The translations under genes were made by a program, and so were the position numbers. Below the pieces are notes generated by a model. It was not told the origin of the DNA, ran no database searches, and saw only the letters and a program-made list of their open reading frames with translations. Shown here one piece after another: positions 63,796 through 64,000 of a DNA stretch of 64,000 bases. Source of the stretch: Callorhinchus milii (taxonomy: Eukaryota); the NCBI RefSeq assembly GCF_018977255.1, contig NW_024704743.1, forward strand, positions 19,160,001-19,224,000, given 5' to 3'. Position 1 is the stretch's first letter; every line of letters starts with the position of its first letter.

Positions 63796-64000
63796 CCTTT
63801 CTTTCTTCTCCCCACTGTCTCCCTGCCACCCCCCCTCCCCCCCACCCTCTATTATTCCTTCCTTTCATAGCTTTGACCCTGCCTCCTTCGCATCCCTCTC
63901 TTCTCTCATCACCCTTATGAAACGCATCACCTGCCCCCTCAACCCCATTTCAACACTGTTTCTATCCACCCAGTGCCCAATCCTCGTTCCCCCGCTAACT

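Noticed and set aside
1..64000. CRISPR array, prokaryotic defence system or retron-like RT system
   Set aside because: No regularly spaced repeat-spacer array or operon; all RT motifs (YADD) belong to broken L2 LINE copies

Overview
Eukaryotic vertebrate DNA, AT-rich and dense in repeats, that reads as a large intron or intergenic stretch. The repeat set is what is expected in a cartilaginous fish, plausibly a chimaera such as the elephant shark (inference). It includes two tRNA-derived Deu-domain SINE families with L2-type tails, many 5'-truncated L2 and CR1 LINEs, Penelope-like terminal-repeat fragments, LF-SINE-like relics and small DNA-transposon derivatives. Almost every ORF in the track is a LINE/SINE fragment or a shadow ORF. 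The only fairly convincing host coding sequence is one 229-nt minus-strand exon (278->50) that I cannot assign to a gene; a few weaker exon candidates exist on both strands. There is no operon, CRISPR array, rRNA or true tRNA gene, and I cannot support a new multi-gene system. Best leads: an interleaved double inverted repeat (pseudoknot topology) plus a nearby hairpin in unique DNA at 37.7-37.9 kb, a possible decayed MAM-domain exon at 41.4 kb, a degenerate hammerhead ribozyme in a Penelope-like repeat, an LF-SINE-like relic, and an unclassified ~550-bp repeat family. Repeat boundaries are approximate, and family names come from remembered consensus motifs, not from database searches.
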